A DNA stretch of 64,000 bases from assembly GCA_963828195.1 (NCBI GenBank), contig CAWHDT010000009.1:64001-128000 (forward strand). Direction: 5' to 3'. Positions 30,687 to 41,806 of this stretch are shown here, piece by piece. Made by a program: the position numbers and the translations under genes. The notes under the pieces were generated by a model. It did no database searches and was not told the origin of the DNA. It saw nothing but the letters and a program-made list of their open reading frames with translations. Each line of letters opens with the position of its first letter. Within the stretch, counting starts at the first letter, position 1. The DNA is from Candidatus Bathyarchaeota archaeon (GTDB lineage Archaea > Thermoproteota > Bathyarchaeia > Bathyarchaeales > Bathycorpusculaceae).

Positions 30687-31760
30687 TTACTGTTTTCGTG
30701 CTTGATCGTAGGCTTTTGCAACCGCTTCACTTGTTATGACACCCACTACTTTTGTCGGTGCATCTTTTTCGGTCACAGGCAGAAGGTCTATTTTTTCTTT
30801 GGTCATGGTTTTGTAGGCTTCAATAACCGCTTCGTCTGGGTGGGTTGAAATGTTTTTCAGCGGCATCTTTTCCACTTGTAGGGTGCCGCGTTGTGCGGGT
30901 GCGATTTTGATTATTTCGTTCCAGCTTACAATGCCTTGGAAAACGCCGTCTCTCTCTACCAGTACGTCGTGGTAGCGGTTTTTAAACATGACTTCGAAGG
31001 CTTCGGCGAGGGTTTGGTCCGGGCTAACTGCGCCGACCTCAGACTGCATAACGTCTTTAACCTTGACGTTTGCCAGCGTGGTGGAAACGATGGTTTGCTC
31101 TGCTTCTTCGCTGGCGCCGATGTAGATGAAGACGCCGATGATTATCAAGAGCGGATCAACCAAAAACCCCACTACAACCATAATGATTCCGAATATTCTG
31201 CCGATGTACGCCGCGTCTTTGGTGGCTTGACTGAACTTCATACGTTCTGCCAGCAAAGCCCTGAGAACTCTGCCGCCGTCCATGGGGAAAGCGGGGATAA
31301 AATTGAATGCGCCAAGCACCAGATTTAGGAATCCAAGATCCAAAAGAATGTTTCCCGTGGAGAAAAGCAAAACCGAAACTGCCGGAAAAGTCGGTATCTT
31401 GAATGGCAACGCGAAGTTTATGCCGATGAGGGCGGCTCCAAGCACCAGGCTGGTGAGGGGTCCCGCGGCTGCCATCCGCCACTCTATCTTGGGGTTTTCT
31501 GGGATTTCCTCGATTTCCGAGACTCCGCCGATGGGGTACAGAACGATTTTGCGCACCACAATGCCGTAGCGTCTTGCAACAACCGAGTGGGCAAGCTCGT
31601 GGAAAAGCACGAAAACAAATAAAAACACAACAAGGGCAAAAGCGTAAAGCTGATTATAGTAAACCGCTAACCCCAACACGGCTAAAATAAGCAGGATAAA
31701 AGTGAGATGCAGCTCAATAGGGATCCCCCATGCAGAACCAATCTTAAAAGACAACTTCAT
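30687..31760 (-). CDS. site-2 protease (M50) with CBS domains
   Basis: HELAH, NFIPAFPMDGGR, C-terminal CBS pair. Confidence 0.95.
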   Translation of the reverse strand: MKLSFKIGSAWGIPIELHLTFILLILAVLGLAVYYNQLYAFALVVFLFVFVLFHELAHSVVARRYGIVVRKIVLYPIGGVSEIEEIPENPKIEWRMAAAGPLTSLVLGAALIGINFALPFKIPTFPAVSVLLFSTGNILLDLGFLNLVLGAFNFIPAFPMDGGRVLRALLAERMKFSQATKDAAYIGRIFGIIMVVVGFLVDPLLIIIGVFIYIGASEEAEQTIVSTTLANVKVKDVMQSEVGAVSPDQTLAEAFEVMFKNRYHDVLVERDGVFQGIVSWNEIIKIAPAQRGTLQVEKMPLKNISTHPDEAVIEAYKTMTKEKIDLLPVTEKDAPTKVVGVITSEAVAKAYDQARKQ

Positions 31761-32166
31761 AACACAAAAGAAGCCCACGTAAGCTTTTTAAATTTTCTAT
31801 AGGTTGCCTTAGCCTTGGGCTTCGGGTTGGCTTTTTACGGCTGAATTTTGCTGTAAATTTTAATTTTAAAAGAACAACAACACCTAGAATTCAAATGTTG
31901 TTCTTCTCGGCAATATTTATTTTCAAAAGAAGAAGAAGCTGATGAAAACATTTTTTCTTCTTCTTCTTCTTCCTGCATGCCATATTTACAATGGATTTTT
32001 GATGTAAATAATAGACCTCCTCATAGGTCGGCAGTGCCCGATTCAGCCTACCCAATCGCGTTTGCTCCCCAAGCTGCCCCACGGGTTCTGTCTCCCATAG
32101 ACGCTACCTACTTGGTTTTCTATATGAACCAAATAGACGCATCTGCAGGATCCAAATAACTAAAAG

Positions 32167-32865
32167 CTAATCGCCATTTTTACTATCAACATAGAATTGG
32201 AGTTTTACTTTGGATGACTTTGCTCCGTCATTTTGAATTATTATGTACCATTTACCTTTTCTCGGAACTACATAGTCTACGCTGGCTTCCAAAATGTTTT
32301 CATGACAGTTTTCGCTATCGAAATCTTTTGCTTCATCCCATTTATCGAAGTTTAGAGAATCGACAAAGTAAATGTTGATGCATTGACTTGAAGTAATCTC
32401 ACCCTTCAGATGGTCTCCTTTTTTGAAGTCTTCAAATTCATAATGATAACCACCCATTGAAGGTATAATGATTGTTTCTTTTCGCAGTATTTCTCTTTCG
32501 CCTTTTCCTGAATCATTTTTATCTTTTTCTTCATTTTTCCCTTCATTTGAATGCACCTGAATACTTACGTTTGATTGATCATGCGCCATTACCTGAATAC
32601 CTGACGACTTTTTCTGAACTTGACTATTAGGTGATTCAGATGGTCGCTTTGTTTCATTGAGGTTTGAGAAATACTTTGAAACAGCCGTACCGATAGTTTC
32701 TGGCTTCCAAAAACAGCCGATTCCCAACACAAGAAAAACCATTGCAAAGGCATAGAGTAATTGGTCAGTAGTATTCCAAGCATTGTTAATTGCTAATACA
32801 AGTAGGATAACGAAACCAAATGAACTGCCTATTCCAGCAACATAGCCGTCTTTTTTCTTGTCCAT
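32167..32865 (-). CDS. membrane protein with C-terminal beta-sandwich domain
   Basis: Two N-terminal TM helices; VPRKGKWYIIIQN strand pattern. Confidence 0.75.
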   Translation of the reverse strand: MDKKKDGYVAGIGSSFGFVILLVLAINNAWNTTDQLLYAFAMVFLVLGIGCFWKPETIGTAVSKYFSNLNETKRPSESPNSQVQKKSSGIQVMAHDQSNVSIQVHSNEGKNEEKDKNDSGKGEREILRKETIIIPSMGGYHYEFEDFKKGDHLKGEITSSQCINIYFVDSLNFDKWDEAKDFDSENCHENILEASVDYVVPRKGKWYIIIQNDGAKSSKVKLQFYVDSKNGD

Positions 32866-33186
32866 ACTTGCTATACTACCCTTTTATCTTTAATATTTTT
32901 GGGAAATAAACAGTTTAAAAAAAAGAAAAAAGGATTTAGTTTATTTGGAAAAAGATGTTTTTCTAATATGGAGAAATTGCATGTTGATGTGAATTATTAG
33001 TAATGCTAACCGTAACATCAAAAGCGTTACAATAGGCTTCAGAAATCATTTTTGATTTGCACCTCTACCATGATATACGGGCAGGTTGTTACTTAAAAGT
33101 GTCAGGGCACGGACAAAAAAACAAGCGATGACAAAACACAAAACCTGAAAAATCTTAAATAGAAAGTCACCACATAGCAAGCCCTT

Positions 33187-34110
33187 ATGCCAACAAAAGC
33201 GGATTTGTTATCTAAACTTGATGAAAATTGCCTAAAAACAATAGCTAAAAGCGAAGGCTATCCAGTGCCTAAAACTTTTGGCAAACGTGAACTTGTCAAA
33301 TACTTAGACGGATTACTGACTCTTGAAAAAATCAAAGAATATACCGCCGAGGTTTACGAAAAGGAAACGAAAAGAGAAATCATTAAAGAGACAATCAAGG
33401 AACGTGGAATAAAAGTTAAGGTAAAAGAGTCAGAGAAAGTCGAAATAAGTAAACCCCAATTAATAAATGAAGTTATAAGCAGTAAGGCGAAAGTAGACAA
33501 AGCAGTGATAGAAGAACTTGCCACTTATCTTCATGAACCTATGCCAAAAGGCAGTGGGTATAACCTTTATAACAACATGAATGAGAAAATGCTCGAAATG
33601 GTTCATCGAATTTTCATCAAAAATGAAAGTGATGGGAAAGGCAGATTTTTAGAATTCCAATTTGCTAATTTCTTAATGAAACATACGAAAGCTGATGTTG
33701 CACGGCTAAAGATTCGCTACACCTTGGATAAAGTTGGCGAAATAGATGTTCTCGGATTTGACTCTGACGACCATCCAGTAGTTTTTGCCGAATGCAAGGA
33801 TAGACCAGTAAAGTATGAAGATATGGATAAATGGCTGTCAAACATTAGACGCATGCATTCAGAATACGAAGGTTCGCTTGAAGAAGCATATTTTGTGGGT
33901 TCTTCTGGGTACACGGACGGCACAATTAAGCGTGTTGAAGATTTAAAAGAAATCGATGCTAAAAAAGGCTGTGTAAAAACTGTCGATATTGTTTCACAGA
34001 TATTTACCTTTGCTACCAGCAACAAAGACTTTGCTAAATCTGGCGGCGTTTTCTTCGAGATATATGATGTAAGGCAGAATCAATTCGTTAAGATATTACC
34101 GCGAAATTAG
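33187..34110 (+). CDS. PD-(D/E)xK restriction-endonuclease-like protein
   Basis: GRFLE, GEIDVLG, FAECK, SSGYT Mrr-like motifs. Confidence 0.8.
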   Translation: MPTKADLLSKLDENCLKTIAKSEGYPVPKTFGKRELVKYLDGLLTLEKIKEYTAEVYEKETKREIIKETIKERGIKVKVKESEKVEISKPQLINEVISSKAKVDKAVIEELATYLHEPMPKGSGYNLYNNMNEKMLEMVHRIFIKNESDGKGRFLEFQFANFLMKHTKADVARLKIRYTLDKVGEIDVLGFDSDDHPVVFAECKDRPVKYEDMDKWLSNIRRMHSEYEGSLEEAYFVGSSGYTDGTIKRVEDLKEIDAKKGCVKTVDIVSQIFTFATSNKDFAKSGGVFFEIYDVRQNQFVKILPRN

Positions 34111-34684
34111 CCACTCGCGAAACCTAATTAATTTTTTCCTATCCATTTACGAATGGCGGAGCATTGGCTGATGCCAGTGTAATGCTGGAAGAATCGCTGG
34201 AGATATTGTAGAAGTGCGGTTTTAAGCGTTAAAAAAATGCGGTGAGCGTCATATGATAACCTATGAATCTACAGAGATTAATAGAACAGTGTCTTAAAAC
34301 TACAGTTTTCAGTGCTGAAACCATATCACAGGGTCTAAAAAAAGTTTAATCAATTGCTGAATCCGCTAAAACTGGAAAATTTTATTAACCTCAAAATTAA
34401 AATAAAAAATTTAAGTTATGCAAAAAATCAACGAACAACCCAAAGCTGCCTAAGAAATTTGCAATTGCTTGACTCTATTTTAAGGTCACCCCAAAATTTT
34501 AGGTCTGACCAGCACACTGGAGCCTAAAAAACCGGTCACTGTGCAACTTCTCCCAAGCCAAAGAGAAAAACGGGAAGCTAAAAATAAACAAAAATGTGCA
34601 ACTATGTTATCTGAAGCTGAAAAGGTTGGGTTACAAGCAAGTTTTTAGGGGGGAATAAAACTCGGTATTGTTTGGTGATGATGG

Positions 34685-37306
34685 ATGAAAGCGGTGTTTG
34701 CGGCACTGTTAGTTGTTCTTTTAAGCGGATTAGTGGTTTTCGGCGCAACTCCTTTTGGAAAATCACAAGGCTCCACGTCAGCTAACATTGTGATATCTCC
34801 GTCATCTGTAACTGTGAACGTCGGCCAGTCCGTCCTGTTCAACTCGTCTGTTTTGAATTTGCAGGGTTATCCCATTTACCAATGGTACGTGAACGGCACT
34901 GCGGCGCCGGGGGGAGTTTATTCCTCTTGGGCTTTCACACCGACGGCACCGGGATGGTACAGTGTATCATTAGAAGTTTCGACAACAGTGACCGAGGCCA
35001 ACCCCAATCCCAATAATTCGACTTCTACATCCGTTTTGGAGCCCGCTGGAGTATCTAACACGGCGCAAGTTCTAGTAACCACGTCTTCGCCCACCGGGTC
35101 ATTTGGATATTCAAATTCGACTTCGCAAGCCAACGGGCATGGCGAGCAGTATTTAGCTGTAGGTTCAAGGTACACGTTGTCTGTCGATGCGAACGTAACT
35201 TCCATTTCAGCCGATATGAGTTTTAACTTTGTAAGCTACCCAAATGGGTCAATCATATACTCCTTCGCCATCTACAACCAAGAAAACGGGTTACTAGGCA
35301 GCCTAATCGCTCAAACCAGCCAAGGCGCACTAACCAACAATGACCCCTCGGCAATGGCATGGCATACTCTGTGTTTTGCGTCGCCTGTCACCCTAACCCC
35401 CGGAGCATACTGGCTTATGGAACTTGATAACGGCAGCGGCGGTAACAGCATAATGATCGCTTCAAACCCAGACGTTAGCGGCGTTTCAACTGTGGAGGCA
35501 GAAGCCGGCAGCACGACTTTTCCAACCACGTTGAATTCGCCGATCTACACGCAAAATTACGCTGAATGCATCTTTGCATCCTACACTACAGGCACAACAA
35601 CAAACCCCATCAGCGGCTCAACACCTATTCCGACGCCGACAACAAACAATGGCGGCACCTCAAACTGGCCAATGTTTCAAAATGACCCCTCACATTCGGG
35701 CTACTCCACAATTGCTGGTCCAACAACAAACCAAACCCTGTGGATTTACCCAACAGGCAGCTCAATTTTATGTTCCCCCGCGGTTGCAAACGGCGAAGTC
35801 TACGTGGGCTCCAACAAAGGCGCAGTTTACGATTTGGATGCCGCAACTGGAAACACGATCTGGATTTATCAAACCGGCGGCGCCATTTATTCTTCTCCAG
35901 CAGTTGCTAACGGTGTGGTCTACGTTGGTTCGTGGGACGATTGCCTTTATGCTTTGAACGCTACTAATGGCGAGAAATTGTGGAGTTACCAAACAGGCAG
36001 CTACGTGCAGTCTTCTCCCGTCGTTGTTAACGGGGTCGTTTACATAGCGTCTTATGACGCAAGCGTTTATGCTTTAAACGCAGAGACTGGAGCTTTGCTG
36101 TGGAGTTTCGCAACAGGCAGCGGCGCGGTAGGTTCTTCCCCGGCTGTTGTCAACGGCGTCGTCTATATAGGTGATAACGGAGGAAACGTTTTTGCCTTGA
36201 ACGCTTCTAACGGAGACAAGCTGTGGAGTTACAAAGCCGGCGACACTATTTATTCGTCAGCAGCCGTAGCCAACGGCGTAGTCTACGTAGGCGCCGACTC
36301 AGGCAATAATGGCAGCATCTGCGCGTTAAACGCTAATACAGGGTTGGTGCTGTGGACTTATCAAACAGGCAACTTATGGGTGTATTCCTCTCCAGCGGTC
36401 GCCAACGGAGTAGTCTATGTGGGCTCTTATGCACCTCAAGGCCAAGATGAAGGCAGCCTTTACGCCCTGAATGCTTCCAGCGGAGGCTTGCTGTGGAGTT
36501 ACCCGACAGGCGGCGAAGTATTTTCATCTCCAGCAGTCGCCAACGGAATAGTCTATATCGGCTCTGAGAACAACAATATCTACGCTTTGAACGCGACCAG
36601 CGGGGTTAACTTATGGAGTTACCAAACAGGCGACGATGCGGGTTGGTCTTCTCCAGCTATTGCCAGCGGGGTTCTTTACGCCGGCTCAGAAGATGGTAAC
36701 GTGTACGCTTTTAGTTCTTCCACTCCATCTACCACGCCAACTTCAACGGCTACTCCAATTCCGACAAATGAGTCAGCTACAACCGCGCCTGCAACGACAA
36801 ACACAACAGTGGACCTTGCAATCAGCGGAAACATAACTAGCTCACAGATGTCTGACGTCACAATTTCAACAAACCAGTCAGCCACCTCCTTGTCTTTCAC
36901 GGTGACGGGCGTGAGCGGTACGATAGGCTTTGGCAATCTGACAATCCCCAAAAGCGAGGTACCTGACGGTTCCATCCCGATAATCTATATTGACGGCCAA
37001 ATCGCTCAAAACCAGGGCTACACGCAGGACAGCAGCAACTACTACGTGTGGTTCACAACCCACTTTAGCACGCACCAAGTAACAATAGTGTTCGCTAAAA
37101 CATCTTCGGATAGCTCTATCATGCTTCAGGCGATTTATGGAGTAGCAGTTGCTGCGGCAGTCGTGGTGATTGTTATGGTTGTCCTCAAATTAGCGATAAA
37201 AGACAAACCGCACAAGCAGATGGCAAGCGGTCAACCTTCGACAATAATTCCCAACAATCAAGCCGCCTCCCCCCTACTATTTACAACTCATTCTGCGAGT
37301 AAATAG
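34685..37306 (+). CDS. secreted surface protein: Ig/PKD-like domain, PQQ-type beta-propeller, C-terminal TM anchor
   Basis: Signal peptide; WPMFQND; about eight SSPAVANGVVYVGS..VYALNA..G..LW repeats. Confidence 0.93.
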   Translation: MKAVFAALLVVLLSGLVVFGATPFGKSQGSTSANIVISPSSVTVNVGQSVLFNSSVLNLQGYPIYQWYVNGTAAPGGVYSSWAFTPTAPGWYSVSLEVSTTVTEANPNPNNSTSTSVLEPAGVSNTAQVLVTTSSPTGSFGYSNSTSQANGHGEQYLAVGSRYTLSVDANVTSISADMSFNFVSYPNGSIIYSFAIYNQENGLLGSLIAQTSQGALTNNDPSAMAWHTLCFASPVTLTPGAYWLMELDNGSGGNSIMIASNPDVSGVSTVEAEAGSTTFPTTLNSPIYTQNYAECIFASYTTGTTTNPISGSTPIPTPTTNNGGTSNWPMFQNDPSHSGYSTIAGPTTNQTLWIYPTGSSILCSPAVANGEVYVGSNKGAVYDLDAATGNTIWIYQTGGAIYSSPAVANGVVYVGSWDDCLYALNATNGEKLWSYQTGSYVQSSPVVVNGVVYIASYDASVYALNAETGALLWSFATGSGAVGSSPAVVNGVVYIGDNGGNVFALNASNGDKLWSYKAGDTIYSSAAVANGVVYVGADSGNNGSICALNANTGLVLWTYQTGNLWVYSSPAVANGVVYVGSYAPQGQDEGSLYALNASSGGLLWSYPTGGEVFSSPAVANGIVYIGSENNNIYALNATSGVNLWSYQTGDDAGWSSPAIASGVLYAGSEDGNVYAFSSSTPSTTPTSTATPIPTNESATTAPATTNTTVDLAISGNITSSQMSDVTISTNQSATSLSFTVTGVSGTIGFGNLTIPKSEVPDGSIPIIYIDGQIAQNQGYTQDSSNYYVWFTTHFSTHQVTIVFAKTSSDSSIMLQAIYGVAVAAAVVVIVMVVLKLAIKDKPHKQMASGQPSTIIPNNQAASPLLFTTHSASK

Positions 37307-37370
37307 CAAAATCCGCTGAAAGAAACGACAAATAAAAGAAAGCTTACGCCCGAAGCGTTGCTTAAAAAAG

Positions 37371-38195
37371 TTAGAGGTATTTTTCGTAGGTTTTAAGCTG
37401 CGGATTGTTGGCTTTGTTGACGAAGAGTTTGCCTGTGCCGTGCTCTGCCAGGTCGCCTAAAAACACGTAGAAGGGTCCTGCGACGCTTTGGGTGTCGTCG
37501 ATTTTGACTTTGGGTTTAACGCTGTCAACGGTGAATCCCGGCATTACCTCTTGAATTGTGCCTGTTATGACGATTTTGCCGCCTGTCATCAATGCGCCCG
37601 CCCGCGTGTCACATTCCTTATCCACAAGGATTGAGCCTTCGCTCATGTGGTAGCCGAGGAATCTGCCTGCGCCGCCTTTGATTTTAAGCACTCCGCCTTT
37701 AAGGTAGCAGCCTACATCGCTGCCGACTTTACCGTCAACAACTATCAAGCCGCCCTTCATGCCTGTACTGCTGCTTCCACGGTACGGAGAAGCCAAGTAG
37801 TCACCTGCATCGCCGTGAACCTCAATGGTTCCCGCTTTCATCTCGTTACCTGTCCACCCGCCAACGTTGCCGTTTATCGTGATTTTGCCGCCCAGCATTT
37901 TTTCGCCAGTGTGCATGCCGCAGTCGCCGTTGACGACGATTTCCCCATTTTTCATGCCTGAGCCTATGCGTTTAACTTTGCCGCAGTCGCCGTTTATGGT
38001 TATGTCGGGGGTTTGAGCTGGGTCTTCGATTATTTCGAAGAGGTCGCCAAGTTTCAGTTGGCGGTTTCCTTCCGTAACGGGCAGAGCTGCTATTTCAGCG
38101 GTGGTTTTGCCTTTGAAAACAGCGGGGCTTATGCATGCTGCCTGAACGGGCACTTCGAATTTTCTAAGGGGCACAAGAGTTATCATTTTAGACAC
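37371..38195 (-). CDS. fwdC: formylmethanofuran dehydrogenase subunit C
   Basis: GxxMxxGxI repeats, YRG...GM.GG, F.GDLAE.G.GKL. Confidence 0.95.
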   Translation of the reverse strand: MSKMITLVPLRKFEVPVQAACISPAVFKGKTTAEIAALPVTEGNRQLKLGDLFEIIEDPAQTPDITINGDCGKVKRIGSGMKNGEIVVNGDCGMHTGEKMLGGKITINGNVGGWTGNEMKAGTIEVHGDAGDYLASPYRGSSSTGMKGGLIVVDGKVGSDVGCYLKGGVLKIKGGAGRFLGYHMSEGSILVDKECDTRAGALMTGGKIVITGTIQEVMPGFTVDSVKPKVKIDDTQSVAGPFYVFLGDLAEHGTGKLFVNKANNPQLKTYEKYL

Positions 38196-39879
38196 TTGCC
38201 TTCACAGTTAATTTTTCTGGAACTTTCAAGTAATGGTCAAACACTGGGTAATTGTCGTATTCAATGGTCCAGTACTGCTTGAACTTGCGTTTCATTTCCT
38301 CATCGATCACGCAGGGCTCTTTTGTCTGCACATCAAGCCACATGGTTCTGCCGCTGGCTTTGCTTACTACTTCGCCGTCTTTAACCACAACTTCCCCGTC
38401 CTTAATCGTGTAAGCTGCGTGCTTGAACGCTTTACGCGCAAGCTTGAACTGTTTAGCTATATCGGTTGTTTCAGGATTAATAGCATATATAGCGACGTCT
38501 GCGTCTGCACCCACGCCGAGGTGACCCTTATTTTTGAGACCCAGCGCTTTAGCTTGCCCCGCACGAGTCATAATTGCCAACTCATACAGCGTCAATTCCC
38601 TGTCAATTGAGGGTAACAGGCTCTTTTTCAATGCTTTCTTGTGAATGTGATTTAGCGTTGCCTGACGTGCATCTTTGCTGGTGAGCCAAGCGAGAATTCT
38701 TGGGTAAGCAAAAAATGGTCCCGCGTTCGGGTGGTCTGTTGTCATGAAGATTTTCCAAGGATCCTTAATTAGCAAGGCTAACTCTAACCCGATTGACCAC
38801 TGTGTTGCATTGACGGCGTTGTTTTTCTTGTATGAGAAGGGTATGATTCCGCCGCTTGTCTCAGTTTCAACGTCGCTGTTAACCCATTTGTGGCCGCTTA
38901 GCTCGTAGAGCTCGAACTCGAAAGGTCCGTCAGCAGTCATGGTTGTGGTGTCTGTGAAGATGATTTGCCCCATGTCAACGGTCACGTGGCTGTGTGCGTT
39001 GATGTAGCTTGAGATTTCTTCTGCTGCTGATTTAAAGTGACCCCAGCCGTCGCCGGCATAACTGCTGAATTGCAAGTGGGTTATGTGCGCAACTGGTTTG
39101 CCGTCTGTTGAAAGGTCTTCAAGCGCCCGCATGGTGTCAAGCGTAGTGGTGTAGTTGCCTGGCAACCCCAGATTGTTCGTGTGAAGATGAATGGTGTGGG
39201 GAAGATTGAGCAATTTGTTAACTTTAACTAAACCCCTCATTATTTCGCGTGGAGTAATGCAGAAGTTTGGAACTTGATCGTCAATGGTGTGTACGTTGTG
39301 TCCGAAACCCCATGATTCTAAGCCGCCTGGGTTCACGATTTTTATGGCGTAGCCTTTGGTTATGTCAAGCATCCAGGCAACGTGCCGTGCACATTCCTCG
39401 ATGTTGCCTTTAGAGAGGTTCTCCAGCACAAACCACCAGTCGCCCAGCAGCGGGTACGTGGCTTTGTCAACAAGCGGAATATCGTTTAATTCTTCATGTG
39501 TGTGTTTGGCTTCCAGAGGCGCCATGGATGGATTCATGATTGTTGTATAACCCATCTCTGAATAGCGGTAACCAGTAACGAATGTAGACGGAATCGAGTA
39601 GCCAGTGCCAGCGCGAGTCATAGCTGTTTTGCGCACCACATCTTTAACGTGGTCTTCGGGACGAACAATTCTGCCAGTGTTAACTTCGCCGCCTGCAACG
39701 TGAGTGTGAATGTCAACGCCGCCAGGCATAACCGTCAATCCTGCGGCATCAATCACTTGAGCCTTGCGCGTTACTTTCTCAACGATTTTGCCGTTTTTGA
39801 TGGATATATCCATTTTTTCGCCGTTAACACCGTTTATGGGGTCAAAGACGAAGCCGTTCTTTATGATTAACTCAGTCAT
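38188..39879 (-). CDS. fwdA: formylmethanofuran dehydrogenase subunit A
   Basis: GGVDIHTH, KIVNPGG, HLHTNNLG, TTDHPNAGPF. Confidence 0.97.
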   Translation of the reverse strand: MTELIIKNGFVFDPINGVNGEKMDISIKNGKIVEKVTRKAQVIDAAGLTVMPGGVDIHTHVAGGEVNTGRIVRPEDHVKDVVRKTAMTRAGTGYSIPSTFVTGYRYSEMGYTTIMNPSMAPLEAKHTHEELNDIPLVDKATYPLLGDWWFVLENLSKGNIEECARHVAWMLDITKGYAIKIVNPGGLESWGFGHNVHTIDDQVPNFCITPREIMRGLVKVNKLLNLPHTIHLHTNNLGLPGNYTTTLDTMRALEDLSTDGKPVAHITHLQFSSYAGDGWGHFKSAAEEISSYINAHSHVTVDMGQIIFTDTTTMTADGPFEFELYELSGHKWVNSDVETETSGGIIPFSYKKNNAVNATQWSIGLELALLIKDPWKIFMTTDHPNAGPFFAYPRILAWLTSKDARQATLNHIHKKALKKSLLPSIDRELTLYELAIMTRAGQAKALGLKNKGHLGVGADADVAIYAINPETTDIAKQFKLARKAFKHAAYTIKDGEVVVKDGEVVSKASGRTMWLDVQTKEPCVIDEEMKRKFKQYWTIEYDNYPVFDHYLKVPEKLTVKASV

Positions 39880-41399
39880 TCAGCAACAACCTCTGCTTTT
39901 TTGTGTTCTTTCTTAGTGTGAAGCTCCTTTTTTGGCTCTTCGCCAGCTTTTTGTGCTTTAATCGCCCGGACTTCTTCGAGGATTTTCGTGAGGAGCTCTT
40001 CATCGTTTAGGATTCCTTCCGGTGGCTCGACAACTTTGCGCAGCATAATGGGCACATGATCCATGCGGTAAGCTGTACCCTCATACTCTATGCCGCACCA
40101 CTGCGTTGGAAAAACCACGTCGCCGAGCCTTGAGATGGCGTTCATATCTGGGTTAATGGTGATAATGGGGTGCTTCATCATATTTTGCATAGCTACCTTA
40201 GGAAAGTGCGCACCTGGATCGGATGAAATACATAGTGTTGCATCGTTGTCTCCGCGTCTTAGAAGATCGATGGTTGTGAATTCCCCAGGGTTGTATTGGG
40301 GATACCCCTGCGAGAAGTCAATGGCGTATGGGTAACCAGTCGTCCAAGCGAAAACCACGTTTGCGCCCGTAACGTTGAAGTGCCCTCGCATGGGCGAAAT
40401 GACAAATTTGGTTCTTCTGTTCAGGTCCCTTGTTAACGCGATTGCTATTTCGATGTTTCTGAATCTGCCAGCGCTCTGCGTTAACCCCAAGCCGAAGAAG
40501 ATCACGCCGAAATCGCAGTTTACCATGGCATCTGTTACTTCTTTTAGGTATGCAACTGGAACGCCGCCGACTTTGTCAAGATCCAGTTCTTGATCAGCCA
40601 CTAAACACCGCATGGCGTCAAGTATTTCATAATCCTTGTTTGGTTGAACCTGAATAAAGTAGTCAGCTGCCTCAGCAGTCATGGTTTTCCTCACGTCAAC
40701 AACAATCAGTTTACGACCTGCCTTCTGCATTGTCCCCGGCGGCGCATCTACCACGCATGCGTCCGGATGAACAGGCGGATTATAATCCCCTAATATTCGC
40801 CGTGAAGCCGCTTCCACTTTTTTCTTGCTCTGCGTGCCCTTCAACTTTTCAAGGTAACTTTTCCATTCACTGCCCTCAAAACGTCCATCAGTGAAACTGG
40901 TGTATCTTTCAAGGTGCCTCGGGTGCGAAGTCCACGGGTTGCATGCCCAATAAACAATCAGGTCCGCCCGATGCCTCACTTGCCCAAGAGTGCAGGCGGG
41001 GATGCCGATTTCCTGCGTCGCCATAACTGATGGCCCGTGGCAGACGCTGCAGCAGTTATCGAGGGCTGAGCCTAATTCTTCAGCTAACTGAACACCGATT
41101 CGCTGTGCCTCGCTAGTTGAGCTGCTCCAGCCGAACAGAAGTGGATACTTTGCGTCAGTGAGAATTTGAGCTGCCTTATGCACTGCTTCATCCATCGATA
41201 CAGGAACCAGTACGCCGTCCTTGCGTATCATGGGTTTCAGGATTCGTTCATCGCTCTTGTACCCGTGAACCATTTTAGCTTCGCATTGGGCGCAGCCATT
41301 CTTCATTTTAACAATCTCGTTATTTTCGACAGTAACCTCAATGTCGTCACATAAGCAGCCGCAAATTGGGCAAACAACTGATTTTATCGTTTCTGCCAT
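39876..41399 (-). CDS. fwdB: formylmethanofuran dehydrogenase subunit B (Cys-type)
   Basis: CPICGCLCDDI, VCHGPS, HPRHLERY, MRGHFNV. Confidence 0.96.
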   Translation of the reverse strand: MAETIKSVVCPICGCLCDDIEVTVENNEIVKMKNGCAQCEAKMVHGYKSDERILKPMIRKDGVLVPVSMDEAVHKAAQILTDAKYPLLFGWSSSTSEAQRIGVQLAEELGSALDNCCSVCHGPSVMATQEIGIPACTLGQVRHRADLIVYWACNPWTSHPRHLERYTSFTDGRFEGSEWKSYLEKLKGTQSKKKVEAASRRILGDYNPPVHPDACVVDAPPGTMQKAGRKLIVVDVRKTMTAEAADYFIQVQPNKDYEILDAMRCLVADQELDLDKVGGVPVAYLKEVTDAMVNCDFGVIFFGLGLTQSAGRFRNIEIAIALTRDLNRRTKFVISPMRGHFNVTGANVVFAWTTGYPYAIDFSQGYPQYNPGEFTTIDLLRRGDNDATLCISSDPGAHFPKVAMQNMMKHPIITINPDMNAISRLGDVVFPTQWCGIEYEGTAYRMDHVPIMLRKVVEPPEGILNDEELLTKILEEVRAIKAQKAGEEPKKELHTKKEHKKAEVVAE

Positions 41400-41404
41400 A
41401 ACAA

Positions 41405-41806
41405 TTACCTTCCATACTCCTCTTTCAAAAGTTCATTAAGCGTCAAAACGGTTTGGTTTGGGGCAGGTTCAACTTCCACTTGGAAGCCCTTGAACAGGGG
41501 CATGCCCATGCCGAATGTTTCGTCTCCGCAGATGGCGTTTGCCCAGAGTCCGCAGGGGATGAAAACCAAGCCGGGGTTGGAGCCGTAGGGGTTTTTTTCT
41601 GCTTTAACGATGACTGAACCGTACTTCGAAGTTACCTTGACGTTTGATCGGCTTTTTATGCCCAGTTTCTTCAAGTCAGCTTCATCGATGACGCAGATGG
41701 AGGAGCTGTCAAAATACTCTTTTGAGCCCTTCCCCATTTCTTTCCCAACACCCTGATCAATAGTTCGACCAGTAATCAAAATCGCAGTTAACTTTTGCTC
41801 AACCAT
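41405..41806 (-). CDS. fwdD: formylmethanofuran dehydrogenase subunit D
   Basis: LITGRTIDQG, FIPCGLWAN, GMPLFKG. Confidence 0.95.
   Translation of the reverse strand: MVEQKLTAILITGRTIDQGVGKEMGKGSKEYFDSSSICVIDEADLKKLGIKSRSNVKVTSKYGSVIVKAEKNPYGSNPGLVFIPCGLWANAICGDETFGMGMPLFKGFQVEVEPAPNQTVLTLNELLKEEYGR

Noticed and set aside
35760-36710. ~120-bp periodic repeats (also 59500-60450)
   Set aside because: Coding repeats of beta-propeller blades, not CRISPR or non-coding arrays.
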